From NCBI GenBank assembly GCA_051439605.1, contig JBFRWN010000052.1, positions 1 to 19,197 of the forward strand: DNA of 19,197 nt, written 5' to 3'. Position 1 is the first letter of the stretch. Every line of letters begins with the position of its first letter. The notes under the pieces are model-generated. The model did no database searches. It saw only the letters and a program-made list of their open reading frames with translations, and had not been told where the DNA came from. Shown piece by piece: positions 1-7,861 of this stretch. Position numbers and translations under genes: made by a program. Origin of the DNA: Synechococcus sp. (GTDB taxonomy: Bacteria; Cyanobacteriota; Cyanobacteriia; Thermostichales; PCC-7336).

Positions 1-239
1 CCGGAGATGATGTTGTTGCCGCCGAACAGAGACCCTTGAACGGGCTCGCGGATGCCGTCGATGTCAACAGCGGGGGCGCCTACGAAGGCAATGATGAAGG
101 TGATGGCTGCAGTTAACAGGCAGGGAATCATCAGGACGCCGAACCAACCTACGTAGATGCGGTTGTCGGTGCTGGTGACCCACTCGCAGAACTGCTCCCA
201 TACGCTGCTGCTTTCGCGGCGTTGTATTAGAGTTGTCAT
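1..239 (-). CDS. psbA: Photosystem II D1 protein, 5' part (about 80 codons; runs off the window edge)
   Basis: Missing from the ORF track. Manual translation from ATG at 239 gives [80 protein letters not shown], which has the D1 hallmarks TSTxNRxYx[14 protein letters not shown] and GNNIISG. A GGAG Shine-Dalgarno lies at 249-252 (minus strand). Confidence 0.98.
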   Translation of the reverse strand, partial: MTTLIQRRESSSVWEQFCEWVTSTDNRIYVGWFGVLMIPCLLTAAITFIIAFVGAPAVDIDGIREPVQGSLFGGNNIIS

Positions 240-281
240 TCGAGATTACTCCGAAGAATAATAAGTGGATTTACGTTAAGG

Positions 282-310
282 AAGTTAACATCCTTGTAAA
301 GATGAGTCAA
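282..310 (-). promoter_or_regulatory. Putative sigma70-type promoter of psbA
   Basis: On the minus strand: TTGACT (310-305), 17-nt spacer, TAACTT (287-282), with an extended TG. The spacer also contains TTTACA, a hexamer known from other cyanobacterial psbA promoters. Confidence 0.6.
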
Positions 311-749
311 GTGCGAGGGAAGGTCTGTTTACCCCCTTTTCACTGCTGGATATCACTTCCAGGCGGATCTAAGACTAGGTGCTTGATAAACACTATGCCT
401 TCCTTCAAAAGATTGAACTTGGCACTATTTTGGTTGAAAGATATTGCAATACGTAAAGCGAGGGTTTGTGGGAGCCTCTCCCATAGCCATGCCGAGTGGT
501 GTAAATGCATTCCTAGAGTTGGGATTGCCAGGGATACCTTGCAATAACAGTCGATCGCTCATCATTCGCTCAGGCGATTCATTTATGTAGCCATTTGCCA
601 ATTGACAAGGGTTACTCAGGGCCTTGTGTCGGTTTGGGGAGGATTGAAAGATTTTCTTTTCAACAAAGAGTTGATATTGGTACCGGCGGGCATGTAGTGT
701 TACATCTGCTAGCAGTGATAGCGCCGTTAGAATCCAATCCAACAAGCTG

Positions 750-779
750 TTGCGATTGTTCCTGAATGGCTGCTAAGCT
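750..779 (+). promoter_or_regulatory. Putative promoter of tRNA-Asn
   Basis: TTGCGA (750-755), 18 nt, then TAAGCT (774-779) with an extended TG, ending 11 nt upstream of the tRNA. Confidence 0.5.
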
Positions 780-790
780 TAGCTACGCAA

Positions 791-862
791 TCCTCGGTAG
801 CTCAGCGGTAGAGCGGTCGACTGTTAATCGATTGGTCGTAAGTTCGAATCTTACCCGGGGAG
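791..862 (+). tRNA. trnN: tRNA-Asn (GTT)
   Basis: Cloverleaf with acceptor TCCTCGG/CCGGGGA, D-arm GCTCAGCGGTAGAGC, anticodon arm GTCGA-CTGTTAA-TCGAT and T-arm GTAAG-TTCGAAT-CTTAC. Discriminator G; CCA not encoded. Confidence 0.97.
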
Positions 863-1121
863 TTTATTCAAATGTGAATCTGTTGTTCGTTGACTGTGAC
901 AGCATTATTCCAACAATCCATGAGAAGTATGGCTGATATCTGAGGATGACTGCCATATGTCCACATAGCCTACTCGGGCTAGTAACTTCAGCAGTGTTTA
1001 TTCATTTGCCGAGCAGTCTTGATATTGAAATGAATTAATAACCAACAACTTCTCTAGCAATCACTCAGCCAGAAGCCCTCTATGAAGTAAGAGGAGAAAT
1101 GTGGATATGCCTTGATTTGAA

Positions 1122-1193
1122 TGGGCGATACTGGATTTGAACCAGTGGCATCCTGCTTGTAAGGCAGGCGCTCTACCGCTGAGCTAATCGCCC
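1122..1193 (-). tRNA. trnV: tRNA-Val (TAC)
   Basis: The reverse complement is GGGCGATTAGCTCAGCGGTAGAGCGCCTGCCTTACAAGCAGGATGCCACTGGTTCAAATCCAGTATCGCCCA. Anticodon arm CCTGC-CTTACAA-GCAGG; CCA not encoded. Confidence 0.97.
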
Positions 1194-1206
1194 TAAGTGC
1201 TTAGTG

Positions 1207-1234
1207 ATAGTAGCACATTGGTTGGCCATTACAA
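1207..1234 (-). promoter_or_regulatory. Putative promoter of tRNA-Val
   Basis: On the minus strand: TTGTAA, 16 nt, TACTAT with an extended TG, just upstream of the tRNA 5' end. Confidence 0.45.
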
Positions 1235-1315
1235 GCCTGATTCTGTAACTTTAGCGAAGGATCGATTGCCTCAGCATTAAGTCCTTGAATCCACAGTGTT
1301 TTGAGGTCAGCGACC

Positions 1316-1498
1316 TCACAAGGGCTGGCATTTACCAGCGCGAATCAAGCCAATACGCCGGGCGATCGCCTCGGTTTGGGAAACGAATGGCCCCCAAGAG
1401 GTCACCAAATCTTCAGGTAAAGCATTGACGATCTCGCAATGTCCCTCGGGTTGCTTAATCACGTACCAGTCTTCAGGGCGATCCGGGCTGTTTTCCAT
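1316..1498 (-). CDS. Small (60 aa) cyanobacterial hypothetical protein
   Basis: ATG at 1498 is preceded by GGAGAGG. The motif WYVIK..G.C.I...WGPF.SQ.EAIARRIGLIRAGKCQP matches, from memory, a small cyanobacterial family often labelled 'DDE transposase family protein'. Confidence 0.8.
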   Translation of the reverse strand: MENSPDRPEDWYVIKQPEGHCEIVNALPEDLVTSWGPFVSQTEAIARRIGLIRAGKCQPL

Positions 1499-1706
1499 CA
1501 GAAACCTCTCCAAAAGCAGCTGCTAAGTTGAGCCATAGGCAACGCCAGTCATCAGTGTTGCCAAAACGTTTTGAACGTGCCATAACATTGGCGTCTTGAG
1601 CACATTCATCTAAAGTTTCCCAGTACTGTTATCTCCTGACAGAGGACTACTCTGCTATGAAATGGGGGAGAGTACTACAATCGCTGAGCATTGTTCTGTT
1701 AAATCC

Positions 1707-3530
1707 ATGGCTTTAATCGTCCATAAATACGGAGGTACCTCCGTAGGGTCCATCGAGCGCATTCAGGCAGTGGCCCAACGTATTGCGAAAACTGTTGCAC
1801 AGGGAAACCAAGTAGTAGCGGTCGTTTCTGCCATGGGAAAACAGACCGATACATTGGTGGGATTGGCGAACGAGCTGGTTTCGGAGCCAAGCGATGCTGT
1901 GGAATATCGACGCGAGATGGACATGTTGCTCTCTACTGGCGAGCAGGTCAGTATCGCGCTGCTTTCCTTGGCTTTGCAGAGCATTGGTTGTCCAGCAATC
2001 TCAATGACAGGGGGACAAGCCGGAATTTTGACTGAGCGAGAACATTCACGCGCCCGCATCAGTGAAATTGGTCCCGGTCGCCTACGACGACACTTAGACG
2101 ATGGCAAAGTGGTCGTAGTCGCTGGCTTCCAGGGAATTGCTAGTCCCATCGATTTAGAAATCACGACGCTAGGTCGTGGGGGGTCAGACACCACAGCAGT
2201 AGCATTGGCGGTGGCACTAGAAGCAGAAGCCTGCGAAATCTACACTGATGTAGCAGGCGTGCTAACCACTGACCCACGTAAAGTTCCTGAAGCTAGGTTA
2301 TTACCCCACATCACCAGCGACGAGATGTTGGAATTGGCTAGCCTGGGGGCCAATGTTTTGCATCCGCGGGCGGTGGAACTGGCCAGAAACTACGGTCTTA
2401 AGCTGGTGGTGAGATCGAGCTGGACGGATGAGCCAGGTACAGCGGTACTGTCCCCTCAGCCTAACCGCCGTCCAGCGCTTTCTGGCCTAGAGACCTCTCA
2501 AGCGGTCACTGCTGTAACGGCCGATCGCAATCAAGCCAAAATTGTTTTGCTGCAGGTGCCCGATCGCCCCGGCGTAGCAGCTCGGCTATTTGACGCAATC
2601 GCCGATGCGGGTATCAATGTCGACTTGATCCTGCAATCGGTTCATCCCACCGTAGAGGGAGATCGGAGTCATGCGGATGGAGAGTTAACCAACGATATAT
2701 CCTTTACTCTGGAGCGCAGTGCCAGCATTGAAGCAGCGGAGGTGGTAAGAGAGGTCGCAAAAGAGCTTGGATGCCAGGAAGTTCTGGTTGATAACAATAT
2801 CGCCAAGGTCAGCATTGCAGGGGCAGGCATGATTGGTCGACCGGGAATTGCCACTGAAATGTTTGAGGTCCTAGCCGCCGCCGATATTAACCTACAGCTG
2901 ATTTCCATGTCAGAAATTAAAGTTAGCTGTGCAATAGATTCCTCTCAGGCAGGAGATGCTGCCCTCCAACTCAGCCAATATTTCCAAGTGGTGCCGCATG
3001 CGGTGGCCGATCCTGCCCCCACAGGCACAGTAAACTCTCCAGTCAGTGGGGTAGCCCTCGATTTTGACCAGGCCAGGCTAGCTATTTTGGATGTTCCCGA
3101 TCGCCCCGGATATGCGGCCAAAATTTTTCGCCGTTTGGCAGATAACGGCATTGTGGTGGATACCATCGTTCAAAGTCAGCGCAGCCAAACGAATGCGGAT
3201 GGTGATGCCACCAATCACATCGCTTTTACCACCCCAGAAGCACAAGCCCGTACCGCAAAAGCAGTTTTGGAGGAAATTTCCAGCGAGCTGAACTGCGGTG
3301 GAGTGTCTATGGACACTGACGTGGCCAAAGTGAGTATTGTAGGGGCATCGATGGAGGCTCACCCGGGCACTGCCGCTCAACTGTTTCAGACTCTGGCTGC
3401 CAAGGATATCAATGTGGAAATGATTTCCACGTCGGAAATCAAGGTGAGCTGCGTGGTGCGTTCAGAGAATGGCTTACAGGCCCTCCAGGCGATTCACCAG
3501 ACCTTTAACCTCCAAGGATCCGATGCTTAA
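1707..3530 (+). CDS. lysC: Aspartate kinase, cyanobacterial type with four ACT domains
   Basis: Starts MALIVHKYGGTSVG, so ATG 1707 is preferred over 1662. Contains VVSAMG, TTLGRGGSDTTA, IYTDV.GV.TTDPR and EMLELASLGA.VLHPR. The ACT pair is duplicated (VPDRPG twice; AKVSI.G..M...PG twice). Confidence 0.97.
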   Translation: MALIVHKYGGTSVGSIERIQAVAQRIAKTVAQGNQVVAVVSAMGKQTDTLVGLANELVSEPSDAVEYRREMDMLLSTGEQVSIALLSLALQSIGCPAISMTGGQAGILTEREHSRARISEIGPGRLRRHLDDGKVVVVAGFQGIASPIDLEITTLGRGGSDTTAVALAVALEAEACEIYTDVAGVLTTDPRKVPEARLLPHITSDEMLELASLGANVLHPRAVELARNYGLKLVVRSSWTDEPGTAVLSPQPNRRPALSGLETSQAVTAVTADRNQAKIVLLQVPDRPGVAARLFDAIADAGINVDLILQSVHPTVEGDRSHADGELTNDISFTLERSASIEAAEVVREVAKELGCQEVLVDNNIAKVSIAGAGMIGRPGIATEMFEVLAAADINLQLISMSEIKVSCAIDSSQAGDAALQLSQYFQVVPHAVADPAPTGTVNSPVSGVALDFDQARLAILDVPDRPGYAAKIFRRLADNGIVVDTIVQSQRSQTNADGDATNHIAFTTPEAQARTAKAVLEEISSELNCGGVSMDTDVAKVSIVGASMEAHPGTAAQLFQTLAAKDINVEMISTSEIKVSCVVRSENGLQALQAIHQTFNLQGSDA

Positions 3531-4410
3531 TCCACAAGCTTTGTTTGCCTCTAAGTCGAACTTTGCTGAACTGCGCCAATCCCAGTTAAATCAGCGCATC
3601 CAGAAGTTTTACGATGTTTCGTCCGGCCTCTGGGAGGAGGTCTGGGGAGAGCACATGCACCATGGGTATTACGCTGTGGGTCAACCCCGTCCCCATAGAC
3701 GTCAGGCCCAGATCGACCTGATCGATCGCCTGTTGGCGTGGGGGGAGGTTACCTCCATCGATCGCCTGTTGGATGTGGGATGCGGTATTGGGGGGAGCAG
3801 TCTGTATTTGGCAGAACGGTTTGGGGCAAAGGCGACTGGCATTACCCTCAGCCCCGTGCAGGCCCAGCGGGCAAAAGAGCGGGCAATGGAACAGCAATTG
3901 GGCGATCGCACCTCTTTTACGGTGGCAGACGCCTTGGATATGCCGTTTGCAGACAATCGCTTCGATTTGGTGTGGAGCCTTGAAAGCGGCGAGCACATGC
4001 CGGATAAACGGCAATTTTTGTCGGAATGCTGCCGAGTCCTCAAACCAGGGGGGCGCTTGCTGGTGGCTACCTGGTGCCATCGGGATGGGGAGTTATCCCT
4101 GGACGAGCGTAACCACTTAGCGAAAATCTACGATGTTTATTGCCTGCCATACGTTATTGGATTGCAAGATTACGAGTCGATTGCTCGAGCGCTGCCTCTA
4201 GAAGCGATTCGAGTTGATGATTGGTCAACAGAGGTTGCTCCCTTTTGGGATGTTGCCATCGACTCTGCTAAGGATTTATCTGTACTGTTTAAAATTTGCA
4301 CCGCTGGATGGGGTACGGTACGGGCAGCCCTTGCCCTGAGATTGATGTCACAGGGATATGCACGAGGCTTGGTCAAATTTGGATTATTAACGGGAACGAA
4401 ATCTATATAA
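3523..4410 (+). CDS. vte4: SAM-dependent methyltransferase, gamma-tocopherol methyltransferase family
   Basis: Contains FYD.SSGLWE.VWGEHMHHGYY, LDVGCGIGGS, GITLSPVQ, FDLVWSLESGEHMPDK and ATWCHR. ATG 3523 overlaps the lysC stop (ATGCTTAA). Confidence 0.88.
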   Translation: MLNPQALFASKSNFAELRQSQLNQRIQKFYDVSSGLWEEVWGEHMHHGYYAVGQPRPHRRQAQIDLIDRLLAWGEVTSIDRLLDVGCGIGGSSLYLAERFGAKATGITLSPVQAQRAKERAMEQQLGDRTSFTVADALDMPFADNRFDLVWSLESGEHMPDKRQFLSECCRVLKPGGRLLVATWCHRDGELSLDERNHLAKIYDVYCLPYVIGLQDYESIARALPLEAIRVDDWSTEVAPFWDVAIDSAKDLSVLFKICTAGWGTVRAALALRLMSQGYARGLVKFGLLTGTKSI

Positions 4411-4447
4411 CTTCGTGAATTTTTATGAGTTTCGTGTGGTTTTGAAA

Positions 4448-4468
4448 CGGGATTTTGAAGAAAACCCG
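4448..4468. terminator. Hairpin after the lysC-vte4 pair (possible terminator or stabilising stem)
   Basis: CGGG-A-TTTT-GAAG-AAAA-CCCG; no clear U-tract. Confidence 0.3.
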
Positions 4469-4476
4469 GAAACATG

Positions 4477-4504
4477 TTGCGATCCCCCCACCCATTTCTA
4501 AGCT
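4477..4504 (+). promoter_or_regulatory. Putative promoter of the oxidoreductase gene
   Basis: TTGCGA (4477-4482), 16 nt, TAAGCT (4499-4504), followed by a GGAG SD and the GTG start at 4533. Confidence 0.4.
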
Positions 4505-4532
4505 GTGAGTGTGACAGATATGGAGTTCAATC

Positions 4533-5837
4533 GTGGGCAATCGCTACATCATTATCGGAGCAGGTGTAGCTGGAATCAGTGCTGCGGAAAATATTCGCCG
4601 CCTTAGTCCAGACGCCGATATCAAAGTCATCAACGGTGAGAACTATCCCTTCTACCGCCGTTTGTCTCTATCAACCTACTTGCAGGGCAGCACCGAACTG
4701 GCCGCCCTAACTGTCAAGCAACCTCAGGAATACGAAGCCCTCAATATTGAGGTCGTAACAGGTCGAGTGACGCGCATCGACTCCCAGGCAAACAAAATTG
4801 TTTTGACCAATGGCAGTGAATTGCCTTATGACGGTCTGATTATTGCTGCAGGCGGCCATGCCATTGCCCCCCCCATCAAAGGGCTCGATCTAAAAGGGGT
4901 ACGCTTGGGCTATTGGGATATGGACGACACCCTGTGGTACGAGGAACAGTTTAAGCACGCTAAGCATGCTGTTGTGATTGGCGCTGGGGTGCTGGGGTTG
5001 GAGTTAGCCGATTGCTGCGAACGCAAAGGGCTGAAAGTGACAATGCTACAACTGGGCGATCGCCTGGGCGAGCCTCTAACCGATCGGGCTGCTGGCGAGG
5101 TTTTGGCCCGACGGCTCAAGGACACTGGGGTCGATTTCCGGCTGCTCACCTCCGCAAGCGAAATTGTGGGGGATGAAAACGGCAACGTCGTGGCGGTACG
5201 CGCCAGCAACGGTGAGGAATTTCCCGCCGACATTGTTGGAATTAGCTGCGGGATTCGTCCAAATTCAGAGTTCCTAGAAGGTTCTGGGGTGTTGGTGGAA
5301 AAAGGCTGCATTGTGGTAGATGAATACCTACGCACCAACATTGAGAATATCTATGCCGCTGGAGACTGCACCTGGGTGCAGGGGGGCATGATGGTGGGTC
5401 GTCGCCCCAATCGCACGTGGCAGGTGGCCACAATGCAGGGGATAACGGCAGCTTCAAACCTGATGGGGAAATCCACTCGGTATGACGAGGGGTTGTTCTA
5501 CAACGCAGGTGTGCTGTACGACATTCCTTATACGTTGTTGGGGGTATTTGACCCACCGGAAGGACAAGGGTACACCAGCCGCACCTACCCTCCTGGGAAA
5601 GGGGCTTACAACTACTTCAAGCTTACTTTCAAGGATGGCAATCTGGTGGGGGCTTTGCTGATGGGTCGCCAAAAACGGACGCAGATCCTTCGCAAGATTA
5701 TGGAAGGACAAATGGACGTGGCGGGTTTTGAAGACCAGCTAATGGATACCAAATTCAAGCCCAAGCACCTCAAGAACGTTTCTACTGCGGGTGACCAAGA
5801 TGTGGAAGAGAAATTAAGAACCTACGCATCTCGCTAG
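4533..5837 (+). CDS. NAD(P)/FAD-dependent pyridine nucleotide oxidoreductase (NirB N-terminal / rubredoxin reductase-like)
   Basis: FAD motif IIGAGVAG, PFYRR.LS, NAD motif VIGAGVLGLE, GIRPN, VDEYLRT...IYAAGDC and C-terminal GNLVGALLMG. GTG start with GGAG SD. Confidence 0.9.
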   Translation: MGNRYIIIGAGVAGISAAENIRRLSPDADIKVINGENYPFYRRLSLSTYLQGSTELAALTVKQPQEYEALNIEVVTGRVTRIDSQANKIVLTNGSELPYDGLIIAAGGHAIAPPIKGLDLKGVRLGYWDMDDTLWYEEQFKHAKHAVVIGAGVLGLELADCCERKGLKVTMLQLGDRLGEPLTDRAAGEVLARRLKDTGVDFRLLTSASEIVGDENGNVVAVRASNGEEFPADIVGISCGIRPNSEFLEGSGVLVEKGCIVVDEYLRTNIENIYAAGDCTWVQGGMMVGRRPNRTWQVATMQGITAASNLMGKSTRYDEGLFYNAGVLYDIPYTLLGVFDPPEGQGYTSRTYPPGKGAYNYFKLTFKDGNLVGALLMGRQKRTQILRKIMEGQMDVAGFEDQLMDTKFKPKHLKNVSTAGDQDVEEKLRTYASR

Positions 5838-5885
5838 GGAATCCGGTTCCGGAGTTCCTCTCTAGAATCATATTGAGAAAGTTGG

Positions 5886-5917
5886 GCTAGGCGAGCATTC
5901 CGCTCGCCTAGCTTTTT
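5886..5917 (+). terminator. Rho-independent terminator
   Basis: Perfect 11-bp stem GCTAGGCGAGC-ATTCC-GCTCGCCTAGC followed by TTTTT, about 50 nt after the oxidoreductase stop. Confidence 0.9.
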
Positions 5918-6044
5918 CTGTGTTTGTTAGCTGTCTAGCCGACAAAACCGTAAATTTTGCGCGGTAGATGCACGTTTGACGCAGGCCGATCGCACCGATT
6001 GCCAGCCGCTATATATAATCGTGACAGTTTATGAGGGCAGGCGT

Positions 6045-6437
6045 TTGGGATGGCGAGTCAGAGCAATTCGTGGGGCAACAACGGTTGAGTCCAATTCGGA
6101 ATCCCAAATCCGTTTGGCCATTAACGAACTGCTGGATGAACTATTTCTCGTCAACGAGATCGACCCCTCAGAAATAGTCAGCGTCACCTTCACGGCGACT
6201 GCCGATATTGATGTCATATTTCCGGCGGCGATCGCCCGTAAGCGCCCAGGTTGGGAGCTAGTCCCTTTACTTGACGTCCAGCAAATGCACGTTCGTGGGA
6301 GCCTCCCGTTTTGTATTCGCATGTTGGTTCACGTGAACACTCAATTGACGCAGGCGGACATGCGTCATATTTATCTGCGTGGGGCTCGAAATTTACGTCC
6401 CGATCTTGCTCTGACGGAAGTGGCTAGTTCCCGTTAG
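6045..6437 (+). CDS. aroH: Chorismate mutase, AroH class
   Basis: WRVRAIRGATTV, SVTFTAT.D....FPA..AR, VPLLDVQQM.V.GSL..CIR, HIYLRGA..LRPDL. Likely TTG start at 6045 with GAGGG upstream; the track's extension to 5976 is probably not translated. Confidence 0.93.
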   Translation: MGWRVRAIRGATTVESNSESQIRLAINELLDELFLVNEIDPSEIVSVTFTATADIDVIFPAAIARKRPGWELVPLLDVQQMHVRGSLPFCIRMLVHVNTQLTQADMRHIYLRGARNLRPDLALTEVASSR

Positions 6438-6523
6438 TTAAAACCTCTGTCGATCGTAATTTTGTGCGGTAGACGTAACGTTCAACCGGCGCAAGTTTAT
6501 TTGTCTCACCATGAGATGCTGCA

Positions 6524-7687
6524 TTATTCAGGCTGTCTCTCGCGGGTGCTGTAGGGAATGGGGATAACCTTGCCGATGACGTTGCCAATGTTAACGTCTA
6601 GTCCCTCGCCACCCACTTTCGTGCGAATATACCCTAAACCGCGATAGCCATCTTCGTACAATGTAATGCTGGTCAGGGTACCAGCCCGTTGTGCCCCCAC
6701 CAGAATTGTGCTGCCGATATCCACATAATCCTCTAGCTCAATTCCCCACAATTGCTGCTTGACACCGTTGTAGGTTTCTAGTCGAGCGATCGTTTCTTGA
6801 CCTACATAGCACCCTTTGGTGAAGCTGGCGGAGTGCCAGAGACCGGCCTCAAGCGGGTTGTAGTCTTGCGTCAGTTCTTGGGCTAGGGCAGGTCTGCCCT
6901 CCACAATGCGGAGGGCTTCCCAGGTGTCGGTGCCACAAGGGATTGCGCCTGCGTCCACAAGTGCTTGCCAGAGAACGGCAGATTCCTCCTCAGGAACGAT
7001 CAGGGTGTACCCTTCAGCTGCAAGATCTGTGCCCCTAGCAACGCGAAGTTGGCCCCTGTGGGAATGACTGTCCTCAGCTATCTCGTAACTGGAGGAATGG
7101 TGGGCGTGCTGCACCGATTCGGGCCGAGAAATATTAAGTGCGGACAATAGTTGGACACTTTCAGTCCCTACCAACGTCAGAACGGTGTACCGATCGCTGA
7201 CATTAGCCAGGCTTGCATTGCTAAACGCAATCAGGCGGCTCAACGATTTCAGGGCGATCTCCTCTGCAGAGGGGGAGGCCAATAGCAGAACTGAGTCTGC
7301 TGTCACATAGGCGGTCACCAGGTCCACCAGTCGGGCTGTAGGGGTAACAATGCAGGTGTTACACCCCTGACCGGGGGATAAGCCCTTGATGTTGTTGGTG
7401 GTTTGGTTATGTAGGTAATCCAGACGATCGGGGCCAGATATCTCTAGCAGTGACCAGTGAGAGCGATCGAACAATAAAACGCCTGCCTGGTGAGCTGCCA
7501 TGGAAGCAGACTTTTCACCAAAGCTTGTGGCCACCTGCTGCCCAGCTATTTCACCAAACGTTGCACCTGATGCGGACTGAACATCCGGCAATAGGGTCGA
7601 GTCTGGCTTAACTGTCTGTGGTGTCAGTTGATGATTGGATGCAGCTGGATTGGATACAGGTTGATTTGATGTAGCTTGCTGTGACAT
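6524..7687 (-). CDS. ygfZ: YgfZ/GcvT-family folate-binding protein
   Basis: DRSHW..L...GPDR..YLHNQTTN, LRI.EGRP, and the YgfZ signature SFTKGCYVGQETIARL. Confidence 0.92.
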   Translation of the reverse strand: MSQQATSNQPVSNPAASNHQLTPQTVKPDSTLLPDVQSASGATFGEIAGQQVATSFGEKSASMAAHQAGVLLFDRSHWSLLEISGPDRLDYLHNQTTNNIKGLSPGQGCNTCIVTPTARLVDLVTAYVTADSVLLLASPSAEEIALKSLSRLIAFSNASLANVSDRYTVLTLVGTESVQLLSALNISRPESVQHAHHSSSYEIAEDSHSHRGQLRVARGTDLAAEGYTLIVPEEESAVLWQALVDAGAIPCGTDTWEALRIVEGRPALAQELTQDYNPLEAGLWHSASFTKGCYVGQETIARLETYNGVKQQLWGIELEDYVDIGSTILVGAQRAGTLTSITLYEDGYRGLGYIRTKVGGEGLDVNIGNVIGKVIPIPYSTRERQPE

Positions 7688-7861
7688 GAGAGTTGCTTGA
7701 ACTGACGATTTATGGCAATGACATCGAGCGATCGCTAAAGCTGGTTCAGAAGGCCAGGAAACTACGAAACGATGCTACGAAATAGGACGTTTTGTTGAGA
7801 AAGCACATCCTCTTGGGCAAGGTGGGTAAACGCAATAAAGAGAGGACAATAGGAGAGGCAA

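Noticed and set aside
233..745. ORFs 233-547 (+) and 425-745 (-)
   Set aside because: They have TTG starts and no recognisable motifs, and they lie over the psbA/tRNA promoter region; probably spurious.
1316..1498. Transposase or IS element
   Set aside because: Only 60 aa, with no catalytic triad, terminal inverted repeats or target duplication.
1620..1706. Lysine riboswitch upstream of lysC
   Set aside because: AGAGG is present, but only about 60 nt remain before the start and the other conserved helices are missing.
2530..3500. Internal repeat in lysC as a novelty
   Set aside because: The four-ACT architecture is the established form of cyanobacterial aspartokinase.
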